Part shown: positions 46,432 to 56,376 of the stretch, in pieces
How positions within the stretch are numbered: the first letter of the stretch is position 1
Layout: every line of letters begins with the position of its first letter
DNA from: a virus
Lineage: Duplodnaviria; Caudoviricetes
Virus record (IMG/VR): IMGVR_UViG_3300015082_000001
Location: 1 to 56,904 of that record
DNA length: 56,904 nucleotides
Reading direction: 5' to 3' (one strand)
The notes under the pieces: model-generated
Databases searched by the model: none
Seen by the model: the letters and a program-made list of their open reading frames with translations, nothing else
What the model was told of the DNA's origin: nothing
Position numbers and translations under genes: made by a program

Positions 46432-48393
46432 TTGGATATACCAGGTGCTTTTGAGATGATGGAGGAAGCCTGGGGGAAGGGAAGAAGTGGATATGCTTTT
46501 CTGCCTTTGTGGCCAGGAAATGCAAAAACCGATGAAGAGAGGAAACTAGGCTATCAAGAAGGTAAAGCCTGGTCATGGCCTCGTGAAAGAGATCAGATGA
46601 TCTCTTACATTGAGGAACACCGGGATGATGACATCTGTTGGTGTCCCAATCTTTTTCTCAAGAAAGACCGTAAAGCTAAGTATTCGATGGATGAGCATTG
46701 TCTTTATGCTGACCTTGATGAGATTGATCCTCGAGGGATCTCCGATTATCCTCCAACAGTAGCCTGGGAAACTTCGCCAGGGAGATATCAGGCTCTATGG
46801 ATCTTTGTACGAGGAGAGTATTATCCAGGTGCTTCCTGGTCGGGGGAAGTGAACCAGAGACTTACCTATAATCTCAAAGCTGACCTCAGCGGGTGGGATA
46901 CTACCCAGATTCTCCGGGTACCTACTTGTGGTAACCATAAGCCCCAATACAAAAAGCAGTACGGAGGACCTCCTCCTGGTACTTGGGTTTGGTCTCGACG
47001 AGAGTGGAAGTTTGAGCGTCAGAGGTATCAGGTAGATGACTTTACAGACCTGCCTGAAGTAGAAGGGGCAGTAGAGATTGATGAGATCCTCGATGGCGCA
47101 ATAGATAATGTAGATCGCAACAAGGTTTGGGCTGAGGTTCGATTAAAGATCAGTAAGCGAACGAGGCAGTTGGTTGACTCTAAGTATGCCTCAGGTGACC
47201 GCTCAGCTACACTATGGTCGATCGAGAGAGATCTTGCAGACGCTGGGTGCGTAGCCTCTGAGATTATCGCTATAGTTCGAGATACGGTCTGGAATAAGTA
47301 TGCAGGTAGGCAAGATGAGCTTCTCAGGTTAAGTGTTGAGGCTCAGAGGGTTATTGCGGCAATACCCTCTACTGTTAAACCTCAGAAGCCTATAGAAGAC
47401 TCGAGGGACTTGGTACCTCAGAAGTTCTTTGAGTTCCTCGATAGTGTAAAAGACCCGATCTATTTAGTTGATCGGATGTTCAATCGCGGCATGTGCGGAT
47501 TCATCGCAGCTATACCAAAGACTGGGAAGTCACTGATAGGAATGGACCTGGTTTTTTCCGTAGCAACTGGGACCTCATTTCTTGATACCTTCGAGGTAGT
47601 TGAACCCGGGCCAGTATTATACATTCAGGAGGAGGATGGTGGTCCAACTCTAAAGCGAAGGCGAGAACTCTTTCTCAGGAAGTGCGGGATAGAAAATCCA
47701 CCCATTGCCTCTCTCGTGTTATCGGGGTTTAACATCTGTGATGAGAGTCATCAGGAACGCCTGGATGAAATCCTAAAAGAGGGTTTCGATGGTTCACCTT
47801 ATGTGCTGATGGTCTTTGATACCCTAGTATCTCTTGTCGGGGATGTTGATTTTAACAGCTTCACCCAGCTCAATGCGACAGGACTTAAACGACTGAAACA
47901 ACTCTCAGTCAAACACAATGTTACTGCCATCATGCTACACCATATGAATAAGTCTGATGGGTCAGGAAAACACGGAGGTCAAAAGATGTTAGGCTCTCAG
48001 GCTATCCATGCCTGGGCTGAAGATTCTCTCTATATCTGGGAGACTGATAAACCTAATATCTTCGCCGCAGAACGAGAGAGTAAACTTGCTCCGAGGTTAG
48101 GCTTTAAGCTGCGTGATCTCCACCTCGAGGCTATCTGGGAACCAAAAGTAACGGATATCGTCAATGAGGATGACCTAGTTCCCGAGGGGCAAGCTAAGAT
48201 TCACCCAGGCAAACGACCCCCTCGACATCGCACACCCCACTCAGCCCCAGTAGAGGTTATTAAGACTCAAGGTCCTATGACACCCTCACAACTAGCAAAA
48301 GCCTCGGGTCGAACCCTCAGCCAGATCGGAAATCTTGTGAGAAGAGGAACTTTAATACGTAATCCCCAAACTCAAATGGTTGACCTTCCCTGA
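46432..48393 (+). CDS. primase (RepB-type AEP) fused to RecA/AAA_25 helicase
   Basis: LYADLD, ETSPGRYQALW, LRVP; AIPKTGKS, VLYIQEED, VFDTL, LHHMNK, GSQA. Confidence 0.9.
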   Translation: MDIPGAFEMMEEAWGKGRSGYAFLPLWPGNAKTDEERKLGYQEGKAWSWPRERDQMISYIEEHRDDDICWCPNLFLKKDRKAKYSMDEHCLYADLDEIDPRGISDYPPTVAWETSPGRYQALWIFVRGEYYPGASWSGEVNQRLTYNLKADLSGWDTTQILRVPTCGNHKPQYKKQYGGPPPGTWVWSRREWKFERQRYQVDDFTDLPEVEGAVEIDEILDGAIDNVDRNKVWAEVRLKISKRTRQLVDSKYASGDRSATLWSIERDLADAGCVASEIIAIVRDTVWNKYAGRQDELLRLSVEAQRVIAAIPSTVKPQKPIEDSRDLVPQKFFEFLDSVKDPIYLVDRMFNRGMCGFIAAIPKTGKSLIGMDLVFSVATGTSFLDTFEVVEPGPVLYIQEEDGGPTLKRRRELFLRKCGIENPPIASLVLSGFNICDESHQERLDEILKEGFDGSPYVLMVFDTLVSLVGDVDFNSFTQLNATGLKRLKQLSVKHNVTAIMLHHMNKSDGSGKHGGQKMLGSQAIHAWAEDSLYIWETDKPNIFAAERESKLAPRLGFKLRDLHLEAIWEPKVTDIVNEDDLVPEGQAKIHPGKRPPRHRTPHSAPVEVIKTQGPMTPSQLAKASGRTLSQIGNLVRRGTLIRNPQTQMVDLP

Positions 48394-48546
48394 CGTGGTA
48401 GGCTGCACTACCTGTGGCGACGTGGTAGGCTGCACTAAAAACAACATAATGGGGTAAGCCCAAGATCAAAAGCAATCGCTTGCAAGAGGCAGTCAGACGG
48501 GTATATACACTATATAGTGTATACCCTCTGGCTGCACTCGCAGCGA
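48392..48546. other. probable replication origin: 19-bp direct repeat + AT-rich cruciform
   Basis: GACGTGGTAGGCTGCACTA at 48392 and 48419; perfect 20-bp palindrome TATACACTATATAGTGTATA 48504-48523 inside a longer imperfect stem. Confidence 0.55.
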
Positions 48547-48603
48547 GCATTGATCGTTCGGGGGAAGGGGAGGTATAATAGGTCTTGATTGGATTAAAGG
48601 GTA

Positions 48604-48632
48604 TTGACTTGGAAGAGAGGAAGTGATAAGAT
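48604..48632 (+). promoter_or_regulatory. extended -10 promoter, probably leaderless transcript
   Basis: TTGACT-17-TAAGAT; ATG 6 nt after the -10 box. Confidence 0.75.
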
Positions 48633-48638
48633 ATAACT

Positions 48639-49241
48639 ATGACAAACAATAATCGAACGCAGATTGAGCTCGAGGTTCAACGAAGGGTCTGTGATGCTCT
48701 AAGTTCTGCCGGCCTGAGCGAGGGTAGTTTAAGTCGAGAAGTGTTGTATATGCTGCCCGACCCTTTTGTTAGGTCTTATGTACGCCTGTTCAATCGCTCA
48801 CTGAAGGAGGGTGTGGTAGGAGCTCACTACGGGAATCCACAGGAAGAAGTTGCGAGGGTTAAGACTGGGCCTGGGTCTTATGGGAATCGGGGCGGCACAT
48901 CGAACCACCCATTTCCTAAAGGCGCAATAGGCGAAGGGGGTAAACGGTATAGGACTTATTGGACTATTATGAGTGAGGAGGCTTTCTTTGTTAAGAAGAG
49001 TATTGATCGAAAACTCCGTCGGCTGAGCTCGACGATTGATGACTCACTGATCGAATGTAGAAGCGATTCTAAGAAGCGTAGGGAAGGCGTAGGGAAATCA
49101 GGTATATGCTCGATATGTCGATACGCGATTGGCCTACTTGAGGAGCGAGCTGAGCTCTCTACGCTGATTTTATACTGCCCGATGTGCGGAACGAGAAGAG
49201 AAAAGAATGAGCAAAAAGATCCGGTTGACGTGGTTGAATGA
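48639..49241 (+). CDS. hypothetical protein with C-terminal Zn-ribbon
   Basis: CSIC..YCPMCG. Confidence 0.7.
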   Translation: MTNNNRTQIELEVQRRVCDALSSAGLSEGSLSREVLYMLPDPFVRSYVRLFNRSLKEGVVGAHYGNPQEEVARVKTGPGSYGNRGGTSNHPFPKGAIGEGGKRYRTYWTIMSEEAFFVKKSIDRKLRRLSSTIDDSLIECRSDSKKRREGVGKSGICSICRYAIGLLEERAELSTLILYCPMCGTRREKNEQKDPVDVVE

Positions 49242-49461
49242 GGGGGAAACGGTTGTTGAGGAGTGTCTACTTATTTCTGAGACCGACCACTGTTATACGC
49301 GAGGTTTAGGTTCAGGTTCAGGTTCAGAAGAGATAGTTGAGGGGGTTTTTGAGGGGGTTTTTGAGACATTGATGGCAAATGGAGCAGTTGTATTTGAGGA
49401 TGAGCGGGGTATATTTTGTCTCAGGCCTGAACAAGTAGTTGATATTGAGATACAGAGCTGA
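49207..49461 (+). CDS. hypothetical protein
   Basis: overlapping ORF. Confidence 0.5.
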   Translation: MSKKIRLTWLNEGETVVEECLLISETDHCYTRGLGSGSGSEEIVEGVFEGVFETLMANGAVVFEDERGIFCLRPEQVVDIEIQS

Positions 49462-49519
49462 GATACACCAACAGACCCAGCTTATCACTGAAAGTGATAA
49501 GACTGGGTACTGTGGGGAC

Positions 49520-49630
49520 TTAGTTAACGCCGTGGAGGGCTTGACCGAGGAATACGAAACCCATGGCAATAGCCATGAGGACGAAACCTAGGACGATGAG
49601 GCAGTGCGCTATGAGGCTGAATGTTTTCAT
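49520..49630 (-). CDS. 36-aa TM peptide (not in ORF track)
   Basis: GAGGAGGTGA RBS; MKTFSLIAHCLIVLGFVLMAIAMGFVFLGQALHGVN. Confidence 0.65.
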   Translation of the reverse strand: MKTFSLIAHCLIVLGFVLMAIAMGFVFLGQALHGVN

Positions 49631-49668
49631 TCTTTTTCACCTCCTCTTTTTTTCTCTCTTCTCATTTT

Positions 49669-51308
49669 CTACCCCCTTTCCCAAATCAACGCGGTGTCGA
49701 GGCATGCGGCGAGAAGACGTCCAGGCTGCTCTTGATGCCCGGGGAACTTGATGTATCTGACAAAGAGCAGCGCGGCCGCATCGAGAACCCTGAGTCGGTC
49801 GATCGGAGTATAATCGGAGGACCCCAGTTCTAAGAGGTTGGAGTGGGTGTGGGCCAAGGTCTCGCCGGCGAGGAAGCGGATCTCTGTCGCTTGGTCGAGG
49901 GCCAGATCGGTGTTGGAATTGAGGTTGTAGGGGGGCTTTTTCATCTGGGGGGTTCATCCCCCTCGCCGCACCATGGGCAGTACCCGGCCTCGTTCAGCAT
50001 GATGTTATGCTGAAAGTCGTTGATAGGGAAGCTATTAACTTCGTTATTAGCAAGGAAGATATTGCCATCGGGTTCGGTGCAGGGCCCGTCACCACTGTCG
50101 GTATCGGGCGAGTCATCGTATTGGAAATGGGGTTTGCGTCTGGGCATGTTGGGTTTGCTCCTTAGTTGAGGGTTGAGAGGACTTCGCTGGCAAAGATGCC
50201 GAGGGCTTTGGCATTCACTCCGGCAGCGCGGGCTGCGGTGACGATTGCACCCTTGAGACCGTACTTGACATATTTGGGAAGTTGTGAGAGTTCGTTAGCG
50301 CGGACACGAACCCTTTCTCCGGATTTGGTTTCGCCCCAGCAGTAGCTGAGATCCCAGCAGGGGAATCCGGGATCGCTGAGGAAGCGGATGCGGGTAATGC
50401 GGGCGAGACTGGGATCGGTCCAGTCGATGGTTCGAGCGGAACTAGGAAGCCAATCGACCATCCCTACATCTCTCAAGTTGTTGGTTTCAGAATAGCAAGG
50501 TATAGTCATTGTGTTGTCCCTTTCTGGGTATTGATATGTCGGTTGACACCCCAAGACCGACCGGGTTAGGGTCGGGATTGAAGGTGATAGGGGGATGAGG
50601 GGATAGGAGGATGGGGGATAGGAGGATGAGGATCAGCGGCAGTGGGGGGAAAGGGTATTATGAGTACCCTTGCGGAGCAAGGTGATCTTCTGGAGCGCAC
50701 CAACCCGGAAGACCTCGCCTTCAGGGTGATCGTCAGTGGGTGTGGATACCACTCGCGGGCACCAGAAGGGGTCGAAGTTGATGGTATCGACTTCGTATTC
50801 GCCGATGGTCACGATTGGAGGGGAGGGATTAGGTCCTGACCCCTTGTCCTCCCATCGAACCATGAGAAGATCGCCAGGGCGAATGTCGCGGGCAGTAGCA
50901 CCCCAGATTTGCCAATAGCCGGGTTGACTGGGTTGAAGAACGCCCTGGGCATCGAGCGCGGCGGTCACTGGGCCCGGTGTGATGGGAGTGGGTGTGGGAT
51001 TAGTCATTGGTAACTGCCTTCCATGGGTTGGGGATGATGTAGGGGATAGGGGAGGCTCCGGAGGGGGATGTTGGGGTTTTGGGGGTGGGGACGATGGAGC
51101 AGGTATTGAGCAAGTCGACAAGATTGGCGGCCTTGTCAAGGGCATACTCGAGAGTGGTGACGTAGGTGATGAGCTCGGAGAGGGTCTCGAGAGCGAGGGT
51201 TTGAGAGGCGAAAGCGGGGGGGAGGGTGAGCACATCGTGGATGAGCTGGACCTTGTCGGTGAGATTGCTGCGGGTTATTTTGGAATTGGAATCGATTGGT
51301 GTGGTCAT
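49669..51308 (-). CDS. operon of hypothetical genes (49669-49944, 49941-50147, 50162-50509, 50633-51007, 51000-51308)
   Basis: coupled ORFs, GAAAGGGA RBSs, promoter at 51431-51459. Confidence 0.65.
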
Positions 51309-51321
51309 GGTGTTATCCCTT

Positions 51322-51392
51322 TCGTTTGGATCGTTTGGATCGTTTGGATTATTGGAGTATGCGAGGGATTGGGATTGGGATTGGGATTGGGG
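51322..51392. repeat. (TCGTTTGGA)3 and (GGGATT)4GGGG tandem repeats in a 5' leader
   Basis: read directly at 51322-51348 and 51365-51392. Confidence 0.9.
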
Positions 51393-51430
51393 TTTTTGAT
51401 TTTTTGAAGAATCAATCGATCGCATGGTTC

Positions 51431-51459
51431 ATTTTATCATCTCTGGAAACTCGTGTCAA
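51431..51459 (-). promoter_or_regulatory. extended -10 promoter
   Basis: TTGACA-17-TAAAAT then GAACCATGCGATCG. Confidence 0.85.
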
Positions 51460-51637
51460 ATCAGGGAAGCGCCGGGGATATGCTCTGGAATTGCCTTATT
51501 CTGAAGAGTGATCTTTGGGAAGGGGAAGGGGTGGGGATGGAGGTTTGTTCCTTCTTAGATGTTTCTCTGATGGTGAGGGAAATGGATCTTTGGAACTGCT
51601 GGATATTTTTCTTTGGACCGAGGAACAAACAAAAGGT

Positions 51638-51666
51638 TTGACTCTGGGCATGGGAAATGATATAAT
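51638..51666 (+). promoter_or_regulatory. extended -10 promoter (divergent partner)
   Basis: TTGACT-17-TATAAT then GAAGTATGCGATCG. Confidence 0.88.
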
Positions 51667-51753
51667 GAAGTATGCGATCGAATGATTCTGCGATGATGAA
51701 TCCGAACCGCATGATGATGATGATGCCAACCAAACGAAAGGGAGCTTGATCTC

Positions 51754-54114
51754 ATGACTAATCCACGACGCCCGCGCACTAAACTGCGCCCTAGGAATGC
51801 TAAGGTTTGGACCGATGCATCTATCATCTGCGATCTTGCTGATGCCTCGACGACACATATCCCCGACATGACAGATTACAAACTTGCATCTGATTCTGAC
51901 TGGGATGCACTTGCCGCTCCATTCAATGCTTCGATCTTGCCGAACGCTACCTTCGATGCTCGCTTCGAACGCCTCCTGACTCACGAAATGCCGCAACGAC
52001 GCGATGCCATCTCAATCATCAACAATGATCTTGACCATCGCTACATCAAACAATCTGATCGCAACTCTGGGAATGGGGCTCAAACTCGCACTCTTGCTCA
52101 ACTTCAACAACTGATCGCCGATGCCGAGGCATCCAAGGCCGACGCCTCCAAGGCTGTTACTGACGCTGAACTCAATCGCGCTTACACGAGGCGCCTGCTC
52201 AACGCGACGGATGGCCTGCCCACCGATTACTTCTTCGATGATGACAACGCCGATGCCTAAAACCCCCGATTTCTTCGACGACACCTCGCTCCTCCAGGTA
52301 ATACTCGCGGAGGAGATCGGGACGATTGCGAACATCATCCAGGCTGCATCCGAGCTCGAGGGCGATCTGCACACTCGACTGAGCGCTGCGAACTCACCAA
52401 CCGCGACCCTGCGGCCGAAACCGACATCATCCGGCTTACAGATGACGATTCAAACGACACTGACGATACGAAAGGGACATGACCATGCTGATCAATACCA
52501 CTAACCAATCCATCGCTTGGAATGACAAGGGCGAACCGACTGCGACCACACCGCACTACTCCCTGATGCTCTTCGACTATCATGGAGAGTACACGGGGGA
52601 TCTCAAAGGGGTCTATGCCCCCGCGGACAACGCTTATAGCGATGCGAACATTGTCTTCGATCCGAGGAAAATCGAGGATCTCCTCGAGACGCGACTGGGC
52701 CTGAGCGGTCTGAACTACGACAATCCTGCGAGGAAAGAAGGGGAAACGGTGGTAGGGGCCCTGATGACTGAGATTGCAAGGAAGGTGCTGGGTGAGGACC
52801 TCTACACGGCGCTCGAGGCTGAGCATGGTGAGATGGGGACAGTAGGTGGCTATCACTGGCTGATCGCAGGGACACGCGAGGGCTTGATCCGGGTCTTCGA
52901 CCAACTCTTCGCTGCCTTGGCGAACAAGGATGAGTCGAGAAAAGACTGGGGAGGTTATGGGAGACCCACGGGTGATGACGATGTTTTCGATTACTGGCCT
53001 AACACGATGGATATGCTTTGGGCTTTTGCTAACGACCTGGATGGGATTGACCAGGTTGAGGGGAAAGGTGAGGTGCAGGGATGGGCTGACAAGGTGCAGG
53101 TCATGGCTGCTGCTGTTGCTCGGCTGACGTTTGCTGATGACCCCTCCTACTGCGAGTGGGGCCGGGATTGGTTGCCCGCAGGATGGGAGGGTTGAGGTAA
53201 GGGTTGAGGCTTTGACTTCGATTCTCTCGAGGCTTATATAGCTCGAGGGTATTGGGGTGTCTCCTGAGAAATGCTTGGGAACAGAAATGCTGGGAAAGGG
53301 AAAATCATGGTTGAGGAATATTTGTAGGATGACGATAGGATGCAGCTGTTGCTGCAAACTTACTGCGACTACCTGAACAATTGGGGAGTCGACGATCCCT
53401 CTCCTTTCCATTACACTCCTGCTAACTTCGGGTTTGACATGGGTGATGGTAAGGGAGTGAATGAGTATGGTACAGCAAGGGTCCTCACTGAGGTTGACAT
53501 GCTCAAGGAGTCGGAATATGTCATCTGGGTTGTCCTGGTCGGGGATGAGGACGAAGGAGGTCCGGCTGAGTTATTAGTTTGGTGGGAGGAGGTCAGTGAT
53601 TGGGTCTGGGATGTACAGGATATCTCGGGCCACAAGGTGCCGCGAGGCTGGGTCTTGAACGATGGTATCCAGACTTTCGATACCTACCGCAACTTCTTCA
53701 TCAAGGAAGGGATTACGCAAGGTCCAGATGGGGGAATGGGGGAACTAAAGGTGAGGTGCAGGGATGACATTGGACAGGAATGAGAGGTTGAATGAGGTAC
53801 TGCGGTTGGCGGGGGAGATCGGTAAACTGATGGAAGCGGAATACCCAAGGTTGGTGCAGGTAGATCGGGATCCAGAGGATCCGGGAAAGGGATGGAGGTG
53901 GGTAAGCCGAGATAATGAGGGTGTGGAAGACTCAGGTATTGGGATAGTGGACAAGGAGCATGTGAGAGAGGTTGCTGAGGGGATCACTGAGGTTGTTGCT
54001 GAGATTCTGCAGGCATGGTTGGATGCGGGGTCGGAACGGGAGGTCACGATGGAGGACCTGGGACCAGTGATCGAGGAGCATGTGAAGGGTTGGTCTAATG
54101 CAGGGAAGTGTTGA
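51754..54114 (+). CDS. hypothetical early-type genes (51754-52260, 52253-52504, 52479-53195, 53340-53783, 53764-54114)
   Basis: coupled ORFs; CGAAAGGGA RBS before 51754 and 52479; no recognisable domains. Confidence 0.65.
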
Positions 54115-54273
54115 GTTGCAACTGATGTCAATCTAAAGCCTGGATGATCGCGGGATGCGATCGTCTTGATATGTAACGGAGAAACTGAAAGTTTGGAGGG
54201 GACATTGTGTGTGTGGATAGGGCCAAAACATTTTTCGGGGTTGTGATGGGTGTTTTGAGCTCGACAAGGTGTG

Positions 54274-54302
54274 TTGACTTGTGGGTAGGAGAATGATATG
54301 AT
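54274..54302 (+). promoter_or_regulatory. extended -10 promoter
   Basis: TTGACT-17-TATGAT. Confidence 0.75.
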
Positions 54303-54370
54303 TATGTAAGATGGCGAGAATGGTCGATACTGATTTCTCGTAGGTTTGTATCATAGGGGATAGGATTTAA

Positions 54371-55075
54371 GTGGAGTCCCATCCTGAAGGTTTCGGTACA
54401 TGGATGAGCAACGTAACCAGGAGAATCCGGTCGGGAAGGGACCAAGGCTTAGGAGGTGTAAGTACTGTGGAAGTAAAAACAGATGAATTTGGGCGTAGGC
54501 CACGGAAACCTCCTAAAACCAGAGAACAACAATTGGAAGAGAAGGCCCTACGGGCTAGAATTCGGCGGGCTGGTGAGAAGTCAGGGCCTAAAACCCGAGC
54601 CAAAGTTACTGCCCTCCAACATGAACGACTCTACAAACCTATAGATGAATGGGATCAAGAGGAGTTAGCCCGAGGTAAGCCTCGAGGTGCGGATGGACTA
54701 TTCCACGGCCCTGCACCGGGGTTTATGAGTCGGCAGGTCCATGAGGAGGCAATCAAGAGGTTCACGGACTTGGTTCATTCCGACATGCGGGCTATTGTTC
54801 CAACCGCGATCGAGACCGTGAGATTTATCCTCGAAAATGAGGCAGTGGATAGACGTGGCCGTCCGTTGGTCCCTATGTCCACTAAACTTGACGCAGCAAA
54901 GTGGGTAGTGGAGCATCTCGTGGGTAAGCCAACGGTGAGAGTGGAAGCGGATATATCCGTCCGACTTCAGTCTTTGCTTGGAGCGGTTATGGTGAGTCCG
55001 GAGGAGATCCCCGATGGACATCGCTTGGCTATAGATGTCCCCTCTGTGGAAATAGATGAGACTGATGAGAGTTGA
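54371..55075 (+). CDS. putative terminase small subunit
   Basis: EWDQEELARG.PR..DG.F.G motif, helical core, KLDAAKWVVEHLVGKP..VE C-terminal pattern; lies a few kb upstream of TerL if the genome is circular. Confidence 0.55.
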   Translation: MESHPEGFGTWMSNVTRRIRSGRDQGLGGVSTVEVKTDEFGRRPRKPPKTREQQLEEKALRARIRRAGEKSGPKTRAKVTALQHERLYKPIDEWDQEELARGKPRGADGLFHGPAPGFMSRQVHEEAIKRFTDLVHSDMRAIVPTAIETVRFILENEAVDRRGRPLVPMSTKLDAAKWVVEHLVGKPTVRVEADISVRLQSLLGAVMVSPEEIPDGHRLAIDVPSVEIDETDES

Positions 55076-55367
55076 GAAGAGTAAAGTGTTGGTTACTTCC
55101 AACCTGGAGGCTTCCGCAAGGTGAGGAGGAATCTCTGGATTGTTCCACACTACGGGGTTTGATCCGGAGATTGTTCCACGGTCCGTTCCCTCGGTCCGTT
55201 CCCCGGCCTGTTCCACGTAGGGTGGGGTTCCATCCAAAGTTGAGAAGAGTTAGATTAATCCAACTCTCTGGCCGGTTCCGCGGCCTGTTCCGCGGATCGT
55301 TCCCGCTCTGGCTCTGTGCCGGTGGACCGGACCGGTCCCAGCCAGCATTGAGAAGTGTTGAGAAGTG
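55070..55367. repeat. iteron-like array: AGTTGAGAAGAGT x2, ~12-bp CGGYCYGTTCC-type units, TTGAGAAGTG x2
   Basis: GTTCC at 55142, 55173, 55185, 55198, 55210, 55227, 55275, 55287, 55299; 13-mer at 55070 and 55238. Confidence 0.8.
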
Positions 55368-56043
55368 TCCGGATCCGGACCATTCCGCAGGATGCGGCGC
55401 GGTGCGGAGCGTCGCAGCATGCGGAGCAGAGCGGAGCAAGGCAGGTAGAGAGCGAGCGAAGTGAGCGCGGAGCAGTCGGTTGAGGTTGATTGCGGAGCGC
55501 GCATGCGTCGAATGCGAGCGGCGCCTAATGGGCGCCGCTCGCATACGCTTCAGCGCATCGCTCGTTTAGCTGCCAGCACAACAAGTGCGCCGTTGATCCG
55601 ATTACGGGCAAGTCGTATGCATGATATGGGCATGCGGCCCATGTCACGCCGTAGGGGAATGCCCATTTCCAGCATTGCCCACAAGTCTTCACGATCGGCC
55701 TCGAATACGCATCGTCCTAGATCGCATGCGATCGCATCGGAGAAGCGTTCATGCTCGCACGTTTCGTCAATCTCACCGAATCCAAGATGGGCGATTGTCA
55801 TGGGATTGTTTGAATGATGCGAGCGGCCCATTCGAGATTGAGCATGCGATCGGCAGTAATCGCCGCTTGCTTATCTGCTTCGAGCGCATGCGCCAGCGTA
55901 ATAGCGAAACGTTGTGACGTTTGCTCACGACGCAGCCAGACGGCGGGAGATTCTTTCATTCGCATATTGTCCCTCTTTCGTTGTTGGATGCGACGCATCC
56001 GCTAGCGCATGCGCTCGTCGTTGAGCGAATGCGCTAGCGCATG

Positions 56044-56076
56044 CGTGCGGGGCGCCCCGGCAGGCGCCCCGCATGC
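56044..56076 (-). terminator. GC-rich hairpin after HTH paralog 3
   Basis: GCGGGGCGCC/GGCGCCCCGC stem. Confidence 0.6.
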
Positions 56077-56082
56077 GCTCGC

Positions 56083-56376
56083 TTAGGACAGATTGTCCTC
56101 TGCTTCGGCCGCTTCGGCCGCTTCGGCCTCTGCCAGTAGTGCGCGCAGCTCGGCGAGTGAACGGGGAGCTGCTTGCGACGCATGCGTCCGATTCGACGCT
56201 TTGAATGCAGCGACGATGGCGGATGCGTCCGCAACGTCAATCGCATAGCGATTGCCCTGCCCGCATGCGTCGAGCAAGCCGGAGCCCGTTTTGGCCGATG
56301 AACGGATGAAAGAGCGCATGCGCTTCGCATCGGTGCCAGCCAGGACGGCCAGCTCTTTCGCTGTGATAGTTGCCAT
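56083..56376 (-). CDS. HTH (MerR/Xis-like) DNA-binding protein, paralog 3
   Basis: ITAKELAVLAGTDAKRMRSFIRS..CGQGNRYAI; RBS CGAAAGGGA. Confidence 0.75.
   Translation of the reverse strand: MATITAKELAVLAGTDAKRMRSFIRSSAKTGSGLLDACGQGNRYAIDVADASAIVAAFKASNRTHASQAAPRSLAELRALLAEAEAAEAAEAEDNLS

Noticed and set aside
55140-55310. CRISPR array
   Set aside because: Units are ~12 bp, degenerate and lack unique 25-45 bp spacers. The Cas4-like gene at 36156 sits in a phage recombination module.
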